From positions 928,001 through 992,000 of the forward strand of contig OY762007.1 in assembly GCA_963665115.1 (NCBI GenBank): a stretch of 64,000 nt of DNA, read 5' to 3'. The notes beneath the pieces are model-generated. The model made no database searches, was not told the DNA's origin, and worked only from the letters and a program-made list of their open reading frames with translations. Positions within the stretch are counted from its first letter, which is position 1; the number at the start of each line of letters is the position of its first letter. The translations under genes were made by a program, and so were the position numbers. This DNA is from an uncultured Rivularia sp. GTDB lineage: Bacteria; Cyanobacteriota; Cyanobacteriia; Cyanobacteriales; Nostocaceae. This document shows positions 52,683-62,779 of this stretch, in pieces.

Positions 52683-54056
52683 CTACTGACCTCTTTTCAA
52701 ATACCAAGTTTGCAATGCTAACCTGTGAATTTGTTGCCAAGGGATATCGTATTTTCGTGCCAATTCCGCGCAGTCTGCATATTCAGGATGTACGTTTGCA
52801 ATAACTTTATCTTGTACCGTTCCTTTCCAGGCTACTTTGACTCTAACTTTGCCATATTCAGTTTCTAAATCTTGAATTTCTCTTTGAAGTACGGCACGTT
52901 GTTGAGTAAAACGCCGAATTCCTAATGTGGTGGTTTCTCGAAATAAAACTGTTTCACATTCAACTAAATCTTGTGGATGACAAATGACAGTTAATAAAAT
53001 TCCTGGACGAGATTTTTTCATTCCTACAGCTTGAGTAAAAACATCTACCGCACCTACTGCAAATAATGCTTCAAATATATAACCTATTGCTTGAGGGCTA
53101 ATATCATCTATTTGCGTTTCTAAAACCGAGATGTTTTCTAAATAAGGACTAATATTATTTTTAGATTCCTGGTTGATATCGCAATCATGGTGATTGTTTT
53201 TTTCAGAAATAACTTTTGAGTTGATATTTTTAGAGTTAAGTTTTTTATCTTGTTTTATATTTTTAATATTTACTGTATTTTCTACATTTGTAGTTTCACC
53301 CAACCAAATACGTAAAATATTTGGTATTTCTAAATCTAAATTACCCGCACCCATACCTATTTTTTCAATATTCATTTCGGGTAGAGAACCAAATTCTGTT
53401 GCCAGAGTTGTCACAATCGCGGCACCTGTTGGTGTAACTAATTCCCGTTCGATGCCGTTGCTATAAACCGGACATTTCCGCATTTCCCACAATTTTAATA
53501 CTGCTGGCACGGGTACAGCCATTATTCCGTGGGCAGCGCGTACATTTCCTCCGCCAGTCGGCAGCTTAGAGCAGTATAGTAAAGGTAATCCTTGATTATC
53601 GCACTCAATTCCCAACCAATCTAAACCCAAACAAGTTCCGACAATATCCACTATGGCATCTACAGCACCTACTTCATGGAAATGGACTCTTTCTGGGGAA
53701 ATACCGTGTACCGCTCCTTCTGCCACTGCTAACTGTCGGAATATTGCCAAACTCCAAGCTTCAACTCTTGGGGGCAAACCTGCTTTTTCGATGATTTGCT
53801 CAATTTCTGGTAAATGTCGTCCGTGATGGTGATTTTGATGATGGTGGCGATCGCCGATTAAATCTACATGAACTTTCGAGGCTTGCTGAGTATTACGGCT
53901 AACAAGTTCAGTCCACAATTTATATTCTTGCTCAATTCCTAACTTATCGAGATTTTCAGTTAAGTATTCGATACTTACCCCCAAACTCACTAAAGCCCCG
54001 AGACACATATCACCAGAAATTCCAGTCGGACATTGAAAATAAACAATTTTACTCAT
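52683..54056 (-). CDS. larC: Nickel-pincer cofactor biosynthesis protein LarC
   Basis: GISGDM, His-rich loop, VHFHEVGAVD, TPTGAA, MKKSRPG, ETTTLGIR, PEYADC. Confidence 0.93.
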   Translation of the reverse strand: MSKIVYFQCPTGISGDMCLGALVSLGVSIEYLTENLDKLGIEQEYKLWTELVSRNTQQASKVHVDLIGDRHHHQNHHHGRHLPEIEQIIEKAGLPPRVEAWSLAIFRQLAVAEGAVHGISPERVHFHEVGAVDAIVDIVGTCLGLDWLGIECDNQGLPLLYCSKLPTGGGNVRAAHGIMAVPVPAVLKLWEMRKCPVYSNGIERELVTPTGAAIVTTLATEFGSLPEMNIEKIGMGAGNLDLEIPNILRIWLGETTNVENTVNIKNIKQDKKLNSKNINSKVISEKNNHHDCDINQESKNNISPYLENISVLETQIDDISPQAIGYIFEALFAVGAVDVFTQAVGMKKSRPGILLTVICHPQDLVECETVLFRETTTLGIRRFTQQRAVLQREIQDLETEYGKVRVKVAWKGTVQDKVIANVHPEYADCAELARKYDIPWQQIHRLALQTWYLKRGQ

Positions 54057-54434
54057 GATTACAGCGAACAGTAAACAGTTATCAGTGAAGAGACTTTTGA
54101 TTAAAAGCTAGAAATTAATTGTGAATGCCCGCAGTGACACCAAAAGTTAAGGAGGCTATAGGGAGCAGGGAACAGGAAACGGGGAATTACAGCGATTTTA
54201 GATATCTGAGTGCGTAAGTCCTATTCATTTGTTTTTGATGCCAAAGTTCTGACAAAGTTTCTATGAAAAAGCTCGAAAAGCCGGTTGAATAAAAAAAATT
54301 ATGTTTTACTATTAGCATTCTTTTTCTTTTTTAAGATTATTTCTTCCACTGTTCCCCATTCCCCATTCCCTACTCCCTTTCAACTTTTAAAACCAATTCT
54401 TAATTCATTTATTACACACTCATATTTTTCTCTC

Positions 54435-55091
54435 ATGGCAAAAATCTTGACTCTCCATCCTGATAATCCGCAAAATCGCCGAATAGAAGATATTATTGCC
54501 GCATTAAAAAATGGCGCGGTTATGCTTTACCCTACCGATACAGTCTATGCGATAGGTTGCGATTTAAGCCATAAGTCAGCTGTCGGGCGGGTGCGGCAAA
54601 TAAAGCAGTTAGCGAATGATAAACCACTGACGTTTTTATGTCCTTCTCTTTCAGACGTGGCTACTTATGCTTTTGTCAATAATGCAGCTTATCGAATTAT
54701 GAAGCATCTGATTCCAGGAACTTACACATTTTTGCTACCTGCTACCAAGTTAGTACCAAAATTAGTACAAAACCCAAAACGTAAAACCACTGGGATTCGA
54801 GTACCCGATAATCCGGTTTGTTTGTCGTTATTGGAAGCATTAGGAAACCCAATCATTTCAACTTCAGCCCATATACCACCTTCAGATGCCGATGATGACG
54901 ATGAATGGATAGAACAAGAACCTTTATCGCGAGTGGAGTTATTTGACCGGATGAAAGGCTTGGTAGATGTAATCATAGATACTGGTAAAGAGCCTGGGGT
55001 ACAAGTCTCTACAATTTTGGATTTAACTGAGGAACAGCCAACAGTTATACGCCAAGGTTTGGGTTGGGAGGAAGTGGAAGGGTGGATTTGA
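54435..55091 (+). CDS. Sua5/YciO/YrdC family threonylcarbamoyl-AMP synthase-like protein
   Basis: YPTDTVYAIGC, KRKTTGIRVP, STSA; ATG 54435 preferred over the STRR-derived upstream extension. Confidence 0.9.
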   Translation: MAKILTLHPDNPQNRRIEDIIAALKNGAVMLYPTDTVYAIGCDLSHKSAVGRVRQIKQLANDKPLTFLCPSLSDVATYAFVNNAAYRIMKHLIPGTYTFLLPATKLVPKLVQNPKRKTTGIRVPDNPVCLSLLEALGNPIISTSAHIPPSDADDDDEWIEQEPLSRVELFDRMKGLVDVIIDTGKEPGVQVSTILDLTEEQPTVIRQGLGWEEVEGWI

Positions 55092-55619
55092 CAAGTAGGG
55101 AGTTAGGAGTTAGGAGTAGCAAGTGAATCACTTTTTATTCTCATAGTCATAAATTTCGCTGCTAATTACGTCTATTGTTACTCACTACTTGTTACTCATT
55201 ACTCACTACTTTAATAATGTCCCCATCTCCCGATCTCCCCACAACCCCTTCTGCTTTATTCTTTACCGAAGTTAAAAAGATCTGTTGTTTTAATTTGTAT
55301 TTTTAATCAATTTTGATACTCCAATTCCAGAATTGTCACATTCGTCAGGCTAGAATGGGGGCACGGTTACTAAGCCGCAAAGCTATAACTTATAAGGCTT
55401 TAAGGAGTTTTAGAGTATTTATACTTACTAGTGTGCCAGTCGTAAATTCGATAAACTCGAAGAAAGCGACACACCAGCCTATCCGGAACTTACGGATATT
55501 TCTTACATTCATAAATGTGAGCAGTGCTGATGGCGACTCTTGATAGATAACGCTCAAGACAAGTGCCTCCTACACTGTCACCGACTTATGTAGTTACGGT
55601 GCAGTACCAATTCTAAAAA

Positions 55620-56852
55620 ATGATGAAAACAAACATTGCTAATCTACCTTCTTCCACATCTGCTGTTGATAACGAAACCGCAAATGAAACTGCAAATGTA
55701 CAATCTCCGGATACTAACAATGCATTAGTTCAGCAGATATGTCAAGAGCTAGAGTCCCAAGTTAAAGCTACTCCTGCTACTATTCAACTAGTTGCCACTC
55801 GCATAGCGAAAGAAGTTGAACGTATTTGCGAAAAAAGCTACCGCATCCAATCATCCGGACAAGTTAAATCTTGGTTGGTTAGTCTATCGCGGCATCGCTT
55901 GCAAAAGTGCTTGCACTACTACCAATTAGGTTCCAGACGCGGTAGGGTAGAGCTACATAGCACCCTTGGTTCTATGGTTTACCGCCACATCAATCTCCCC
56001 GGTTGTCAGTTGGGTTTTGATGCTCGTTACAACTTAATTGAAGATTTTCTTCAAGCATTCTATATCGAAGCGATTAAAGCCTTCCGTCGGGAAAACGAAT
56101 TACCGCAAGATTACACTCCCCGGACTCGCTTACAGTTAGGAGAATACATGGCATTTACCGAACAGTATGCCAAGCGTCGTATTTCTCTACCGGGCAACGC
56201 TAACCAGCAGTTAATCATCCTCCGCGCTCAAGGTTTCAGCCGCCGTTTACCTCAAGAAACCACCGTTGATATGGAGATGGCTTTAGAATCAGCCAAATCC
56301 GAAGATGCTGAAGCTTACCAACGCAGTTCCGCAGTTCAACAAGTGCGATCGCAAATGGTTGCAAAATCCACTTTTGACCCAGCAGAAGAAGCGGAACGCG
56401 ATAGAGTTGTTTCTGAGTTGGTGAATTACTTACAGGCTCAAGGTCAAAGTGACTGTGTAGATTACTTATCGTTGAAACTGCAAGACCTCAGCGCTCCAGA
56501 AATTGACAGAATACTAGGTTTGACTAGTCGTCAGCGCGATTATTTACAGCAGCGTTTTAAGTACCATGTAGAGAAGTTTGCCCGGACTCATAACTGGCAA
56601 TTGGTACACCAGTGGTTGGGTGCAACTTTGGAGCAAAAATTGGGAATGTCTTCCACTCAGTGGGATGCTTTTGTCGGTCAACTTTCCGAACAACAACGTC
56701 AAATGTTGGAGTTGAAAAGCGCCAAAGAAAACGACCAAGCAATTGCAAAAGAACTTAAGTGTACTCCCAAACAACTACAAAAGCGCTGGACTAAGTTGTT
56801 AGAAATGGCATGGTCTATCCGTAACGGTAATACCGAAGCTCAAGCAGGTTAA
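55620..56852 (+). CDS. HetZ-related protein
   Basis: EVERIC, LIEDFLQ, LGLTSRQRDYLQQRFKYH, WQLVHQWL, C-terminal HTH-like segment; no patU genes follow. Confidence 0.75.
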   Translation: MMKTNIANLPSSTSAVDNETANETANVQSPDTNNALVQQICQELESQVKATPATIQLVATRIAKEVERICEKSYRIQSSGQVKSWLVSLSRHRLQKCLHYYQLGSRRGRVELHSTLGSMVYRHINLPGCQLGFDARYNLIEDFLQAFYIEAIKAFRRENELPQDYTPRTRLQLGEYMAFTEQYAKRRISLPGNANQQLIILRAQGFSRRLPQETTVDMEMALESAKSEDAEAYQRSSAVQQVRSQMVAKSTFDPAEEAERDRVVSELVNYLQAQGQSDCVDYLSLKLQDLSAPEIDRILGLTSRQRDYLQQRFKYHVEKFARTHNWQLVHQWLGATLEQKLGMSSTQWDAFVGQLSEQQRQMLELKSAKENDQAIAKELKCTPKQLQKRWTKLLEMAWSIRNGNTEAQAG

Positions 56853-57208
56853 AATCTTGGTTAACAACATCTACCTTTCCAAGCGTAAGCTACCTTTACA
56901 GGAATTTACAGTTACTATAGATGATTTCATCGCATTCAAACAGTGAAAATACTCGCCTCTATCCCCAACAAATACAAATAACAAATATATCAACCGCTTG
57001 TTAGTTTGTCGGGGATAAATAGGGAGCCTCTACTAAAGTTATTGCATTCGTTAAAGTATTTTCATTGTTTGCAAAGTAAATTTTAATTAATACTAATATT
57101 TTAGTTAAAAAAATAAATTTAGATCGCATCATTGTAATTTATAGTTTATTAAAAGATGAAAGATTCATTGGAAAATAAAACAATATCTGCAAGCAACCAC
57201 CAATTAAA

Positions 57209-57442
57209 TAAGTAAGTCGGCGTGAATAAATATAATTGTATAAAGTCCGAAGCGTTACCCTAACGGGTCGTGCCGCGCTGAACACTTTCAGGAAGTATAC
57301 CCGAAGGGCTTAGTGTTCCCTCTTAGCGGGAATGGAGGCACGACAACGCATTCAGCGTTCACCGGAACTGCGGCTCATCGCAATCATTTAGAGGTTTTTA
57401 CTTTTCGTTACATAGCTAGATTTATTCGTGCCAACCTACTTA
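57209..57442. mobile_element. MITE-like element with nested GC-rich short repeats
   Basis: TAAGTAAGTCGGCGTGAATAAAT...ATTTATTCGTGCCAACCTACTTA terminal inverted repeat. Confidence 0.65.
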
Positions 57443-57472
57443 CTATTTCTGTTTAATTAGTAGTTGGTTGCT

Positions 57473-58939
57473 TTATCTGGGCAAAGTCACGGTGAAAATA
57501 GTTCCTTCTCCAACAGTACTATTTACTGCTATTCCGCCGCAATGAATACCGACACAACGTTTAACAATAGACAGTCCCAGTCCCGTACCTGGTTTTGTCT
57601 CAACATTATTAGCACGATAGAATGAGTCGAAAATATGGGGTAAACTTTCCGTAGGAATGCCAATACCTTGGTCTTGAATGCGGAATGTTATTTTACTTTG
57701 CGATAAGCCTAATTCAAAATGTACTTTTTTGTCTGGCTGCGAATACTTTAGTGCGTTTTCAAGTAAATTAACTAATATATGATTAATGATTTTAGTATCA
57801 AGCATTGCAGTGGTTGCACCATCTCCCGATACTTTAAATTCAATACGGTTGGGGTTGTAATTAACTATTGTATTAATTATTTCTTGGCACAGTTTAGCTA
57901 AATCAATCTTAGTTGGATTCAATTGCAAAGAATTAGCTTCTTCTTCGCCAATCATCAACACGTCTTGAACGATAGATGTAATGCGTTGAACTGCTAAGTC
58001 CATTTTTTGAAAATGTTTCTGCTTTTTGTCATCGGTTAATTTATTAAAATTATGGTGCAGAATATCGGCAGAAGACTGAATTACTGATAACGGGGTACGA
58101 ATTTCGTGCGAGATTGTGGCGATAAATTCAGATTTTGCATTGCTAAATTCTCGTTCTCTTTGCAGTGCTTTGTATGTTTCTACTTCGGCTTGCTTGCGGT
58201 AGGTTATATCTTCAGCGACACCTACCATACGAAAGACTTCTCCATTTTCATCTTTTACCGGAAAAGTGCGATCGCGTATCCAACGCATTATACCGTTAGG
58301 CTGGGTAATGCGATACTCCTCATCCATTGATGTTGGGTTATTTTGAATCGCAGCCATTTTACTAGGAAGGTCTTCTGGATGCACCGTGTCTAAGAAAGAA
58401 CGGGGATTCTCGTAAAGTGAAGCACAACTTCTACCCCAGATTTTTTCGTAAGTAGGGCTAATATACAGAAATTGGGTGACATCGACATCGCATACCCAAA
58501 ATACAATATCTACATTTTCTGCAAGCTGCTTAAACTGATCTAAGCTTTGATACAAATCTTTCTGTTCTTCTTTCCGCTCTGTAATATCTTCGGCAGTACC
58601 TGCCATCCGTTGAATATTACCTTGCTCATCGTAAACGGGGAAAGTGCGATCGCGTACCCAACGTATTGTCCCGTCGGGGCGAATTATACGGTATTCTTCA
58701 TCCATATTCCAAGGTTGTTTGCCCACAGCTGCTTGCGTGACACGTTCGACATCATCGGGATGAACGGCTTCTAAAAACGAGTGAGGACTTTCCATGAGTG
58801 AAGCAATACTTCTGCCCCAAATTTTTTCATAGCCAGGACTCATATAGTAATACTCGGTTACGTCGAGAGAACAAACCCAGAAAGCAAAATCCACATTATT
58901 GGCAAATTGCTCAAATACTTGCAATTCTTGTAAATCCAC
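57473..58939 (-). CDS. Soluble PAS-PAS histidine kinase
   Basis: Two SPxYEKIWGRS...VHP(D/E)D PAS-PAC units, SHEIRTPL, NALKYS, GTGLGL. Confidence 0.9.
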   Translation of the reverse strand: MDLQELQVFEQFANNVDFAFWVCSLDVTEYYYMSPGYEKIWGRSIASLMESPHSFLEAVHPDDVERVTQAAVGKQPWNMDEEYRIIRPDGTIRWVRDRTFPVYDEQGNIQRMAGTAEDITERKEEQKDLYQSLDQFKQLAENVDIVFWVCDVDVTQFLYISPTYEKIWGRSCASLYENPRSFLDTVHPEDLPSKMAAIQNNPTSMDEEYRITQPNGIMRWIRDRTFPVKDENGEVFRMVGVAEDITYRKQAEVETYKALQREREFSNAKSEFIATISHEIRTPLSVIQSSADILHHNFNKLTDDKKQKHFQKMDLAVQRITSIVQDVLMIGEEEANSLQLNPTKIDLAKLCQEIINTIVNYNPNRIEFKVSGDGATTAMLDTKIINHILVNLLENALKYSQPDKKVHFELGLSQSKITFRIQDQGIGIPTESLPHIFDSFYRANNVETKPGTGLGLSIVKRCVGIHCGGIAVNSTVGEGTIFTVTLPR

Positions 58940-59328
58940 TCATAAACTCCTATAAAAGAAATAGATGCCGAAATAAATTAAAATATAATTATATTCCCAT
59001 CTAATTTTTACATATATACGCTTCCGTAATTGTATTTTTGTAAACTGAAGAAAAACCTAAATTTAATCTGACGTAATTAATAACTCGTGAATAGTGCCGC
59101 GATTTTTAATATTCTAGTTGATAACTCGCAGGGCTTTAATCGGAAATATCTTAAAATTGATTTGTGCATACAGTTCTCGATTCACACTCCCAGTTACACA
59201 CCATAATTTTGACAAACTAGATAATCTTATATTAAGTGAGAGATTTTCCTTCCTTTAGATTACAATGACGGATAAGTAAGTAGATCGGAAAAACAAATCC
59301 GTTTATAACAAGACACTCTAAAAAAAAG

Positions 59329-59535
59329 ATGTTTGATGGTTTTTGGGATAACGTCTCTCGCTACCCCCGCTATTTAATAAGTACCGCGTTGGGTATATTT
59401 CTGAATGCGTTTGGCTGGATAGAACCAGTGTTTAAACGCCCTATCACCTCGATTCTTTTTGTAGGATTTTTAGTGGGGATTCTCGTTTTTGTTTCTTTTA
59501 CCCTGCGTGCAATGCTTGGGTTCAGTACAATTTAG
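59329..59535 (+). CDS. DUF751 family protein
   Basis: FWDNVSRYPRYLIS; position upstream of rbfA. Confidence 0.85.
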   Translation: MFDGFWDNVSRYPRYLISTALGIFLNAFGWIEPVFKRPITSILFVGFLVGILVFVSFTLRAMLGFSTI

Positions 59536-59622
59536 TAAAGATAGGCAGATTGTAGTAGAGTCAAACCCTATTACAATCTGCTGCATTTTCTGTAGTAAAA
59601 CCTCTGTTAGGAGGCTATTTTT

Positions 59623-60012
59623 ATGGCTACTAATCGCCGCGTTTCCCGCGTTGCTGAATTAATTAGACGGGAAGTTAGCCAAATGTTGCTCAACGGAATT
59701 AAAGATGACCGAGTGGGTACCGGAATGGTTAGCGTTACTGATGTAGATGTTTCTGGCGATTTACAACACGCCAAAATCTACGTTTCAATTTATGGCAGCG
59801 ATGAAGCCAGAGAAGAAACAATGGCTGGTTTAAAATCGGCAACTGGTTACGTTCGCAGCGAACTCGGTTCAAGAGTCCGTTTGCGTCGTACCCCAGAAGT
59901 AATTTTCTTAGAAGACCGTTCGATTGAAAGGGGTAATAAGGTACTATCGCTTCTAAACCAAATTAAAGACCGAGAAAAGCCAGAATCAGATGGAGTAGAA
60001 AATATTGAGTGA
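59623..60012 (+). CDS. rbfA: 30S ribosome-binding factor A
   Basis: [32 protein letters not shown]. Confidence 0.95.
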   Translation: MATNRRVSRVAELIRREVSQMLLNGIKDDRVGTGMVSVTDVDVSGDLQHAKIYVSIYGSDEAREETMAGLKSATGYVRSELGSRVRLRRTPEVIFLEDRSIERGNKVLSLLNQIKDREKPESDGVENIE

Positions 60013-60113
60013 AAACTGCTATAGAAAGCATGGCGATTGCTTTTTTTAATTAAAACTTAGCTACATATATCTATCGGACGCAGCCACTGTTGCGTCTGTT
60101 TTTGTTTGTTGGA

Positions 60114-60331
60114 GAGTTGGGAGTTGGGAGTAGTGAGTTGGGAGTTGGGAGTAGTGAGTAGTGAGTAGTGAGTAGTGAGTTGGGAGTTGGGAGTTGGGAG
60201 TAGTGAGTTGGGAGTTGGGAGTTGGGAGTTGGGAGTAGTGAGTAGTAAGTAGTGAGTTGGGAGTAGTGAGTAGTGAGTAGTGAGTAGGAAGTAGTGAGTT
60301 GGGAGTTGGGAGTAGTGAGTTGGGAGTTGGG
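60114..60331. repeat. Mixed STRR array (GAGTTGG / GAGTAGT)
   Basis: About 31 interspersed heptamers. Confidence 0.92.
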
Positions 60332-61517
60332 ACACCATTCTTATTCCGAGGATTGAAATTAATTTCAAGGCTGCATAAGCTAAGTACGTTAAAACTTACA
60401 TCTTGCACCAGTTTCCGCAAACCCGGTTTCTTTTGGTGAAAACATGAATCTTTCCTTGTACGACGAGCAAGAAAGCGGGTTTCTCAAGGCTCGTTGAGAA
60501 TAATACCCCACCCCAACTCCCTACTTACTACTTACTACTCCCTACTCCCTATTCCCTCTTCCCCACTTCATTTGTAAGAAACTCGATTTATACGCTTATT
60601 GCAACACATCAATTCTTTTTGATTCGAGATTAGTCTATTTCCTTAGATTAGATAGTGATGGCTTACGCACTAACATTTTTAGGAGTTATTTTACGAAATC
60701 TAATATCATACATTGTTATATACCCCTATTTTCAAGAGATTTTAGGCACTTTACGAAAGTTAACAATGTGTTATCCAATATTTCACGTAAATTCAATAGA
60801 TTTAATAATTGCTTAAAAGTTAATTATTATACATTTTCAGTGAATGCATTTTACTATCTACGCAAACCGAATAGATAGCTGAAATTAATCAATGATGCTT
60901 TATGCGAAGTTCAGCACGATTTATAACTATCTTCGAGTTGCTACAGCAATTTATCCGAGGTATTTTCTTTGTAAGTAGTGTTTTTGTTAACCAAGCAATT
61001 ACTAAATCTGTTTAAGAAATTGTTAACAGTAGGTAAGTGTATAGCTTTTTTGTCGTAATTCAACTTTTATATGAAGATATGAATTATACATTTTCTCAGT
61101 TCGATATTTTTTTGCTTGTTATCCTACGGACAGATGCGCTCAAGCTCAATGATTGCTATAGATAAGTTATTCAATCCATCAACCTATTTATAAGACTACA
61201 AACCCTGCCTACTGCATTGATTTTATCCGCTCAACAGTGCCGATAAAGCTCTTTCACAAAACATGACTGGATTCAAAAAAACCTTAATGTTATATTTACT
61301 ACTCAAAAAAAATATCTTTAGCAGAGGTAAAAGTTACGTCATGAAATCATGACATTATTAACATATCTTTATATTTTTTGAGGTTTAATAGCGTCAAAAT
61401 GAAATCAGTTCCGTATAGCAAATTACAAAAAAAGTAATAGCGAATTGGTTTATAACCATGTTCGTTTCGGGTAAATTTTGGGAATAATACTTACGTGTAG
61501 AATAGCGAGTGGCAATT

Positions 61518-61751
61518 ATGAGTGTGAATACGGTGCCTTCTATCAATTACTCTTTAGACGTGATTCAGGATGAAGCGCGACGATTGGTTCAAAAAGGAGT
61601 AGTTAGCCGACAACAGCCGATATATACGTTATGCCAATATATACCCGCAAGAGAGTGGGTTTGTATTGAATGCGAACTGGAAAAATGCGAATTTTTGCTG
61701 CGCGATCGCATAGCGGATTTAATTGGTAGAGAAGTCTGGGAAAACGACTAA
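61518..61751 (+). CDS. DUF4327 family protein
   Basis: YSLDVIQDEARRLV...SRQQPIYTLCQYIPAREW...EVWEND. Confidence 0.85.
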   Translation: MSVNTVPSINYSLDVIQDEARRLVQKGVVSRQQPIYTLCQYIPAREWVCIECELEKCEFLLRDRIADLIGREVWEND

Positions 61752-62440
61752 TTTTGAGTTCGTAGGGTATATGTTTTGGTAGAAACTGGAAATATTTTAG
61801 ATTTTGGATTTTGAATTAAATTATGAATGGTTTCAAGTGGAATCATTTCAACTATGGCAACAATCTAAAATTGTACTAAAATTGTAAATCCCGGCATCCA
61901 AAATTGAGAGACGAATCCAATTAACGATCGAATCAAACTAAATAATATTCAATGCTGGCAACAGCTATAGAATCTCTGTTTTTAATCTGAAAAAACCCGT
62001 CCAAATTTATTTTGAAATCATTTTTTTAAGGCAGCGCGTCCCTGCATTAGCCACTTAGAGCCGTTAATGGTTCGAGTATGGCTTCTATGTTGGGGGGGTG
62101 CTGTCTTTTTTTATGCTATTTTCTGTCCAGCCGGATATAAAGAGATTAATCCGTGTATTTTGGTGGTAATGCAATATACCTTGTTGTAAAGATTAAGTCA
62201 AGCTTATAGCTGTATTTTTGATGAATAAGTTAAGAAGGGGCGATTGTGGGGAATGGGGAATTGGGAATTGGGAATGGGGAATGGGGAATGGGGAATGGGG
62301 GAAAAATAATATTAGTTTATAAGCCGGAGGAGTCCTTTTACAGAGAATTTTAGCTATTTTTTAGCTTACTAAATACTGAAGAACCATTATTCTTTTAATT
62401 TCGATCCCCTTAACAGCCTTTGTTTTTAGGGTGGCTTTGC

Positions 62441-62520
62441 TTGACATTCTCCCCGCACCTAAAAGGTGCGGGGATTCTAAGAATCACTTCTTAGTTTTCT
62501 TCTTTCCACGATCCGACTTA
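62441..62520 (-). mobile_element. IS200/IS605-type right-end remnant
   Basis: Minus strand AAGTCGGATCGTGGAA...AGAATCCCCGCACCTTTTAGGTGCGGGGAGAATGTCAA: subterminal hairpin plus TCAA end. Confidence 0.6.
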
Positions 62521-62779
62521 TGTAAAGTTGATATTAGTTATTCCAGGCATAACATAGCTGAAACTCCCCCTAAAAAGAGGAAACGGTTTGTCTTGATGTT
62601 ATTCAGCCTTTAACAAGCCCTTGCTTATCTAAACCTCCTACCTAATTTATTTATTTTTTTTGTTATGGTGGGTGGATTGTAACAGCGGTTGTTAGAGAAA
62701 AGCTAATATTGCAAGCTGACGGTTTTAATTATAAATAAATCAATATTCCTGCTTCTTTTCAGGGGGGAAATAATTATGA

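Noticed and set aside
52683..54056. Programmed frameshift in larC as in Lactobacillus plantarum
   Set aside because: Both halves are in one continuous ORF joined by an Asn/Lys-rich linker.
55620..56852. Calling this gene hetZ itself
   Set aside because: No patU5/patU3 downstream; better treated as a paralog.
60057..60420. ORFs 60057..60368 and 60061..60420
   Set aside because: Translations of the heptamer array (PTPNS/LTTHY repeats).
61480..61491. SigJ-type GGGAATACT promoter box upstream of DUF4327
   Set aside because: Only an imperfect match (GGGAATAAT) in AT-rich DNA; not supportable without TSS data.
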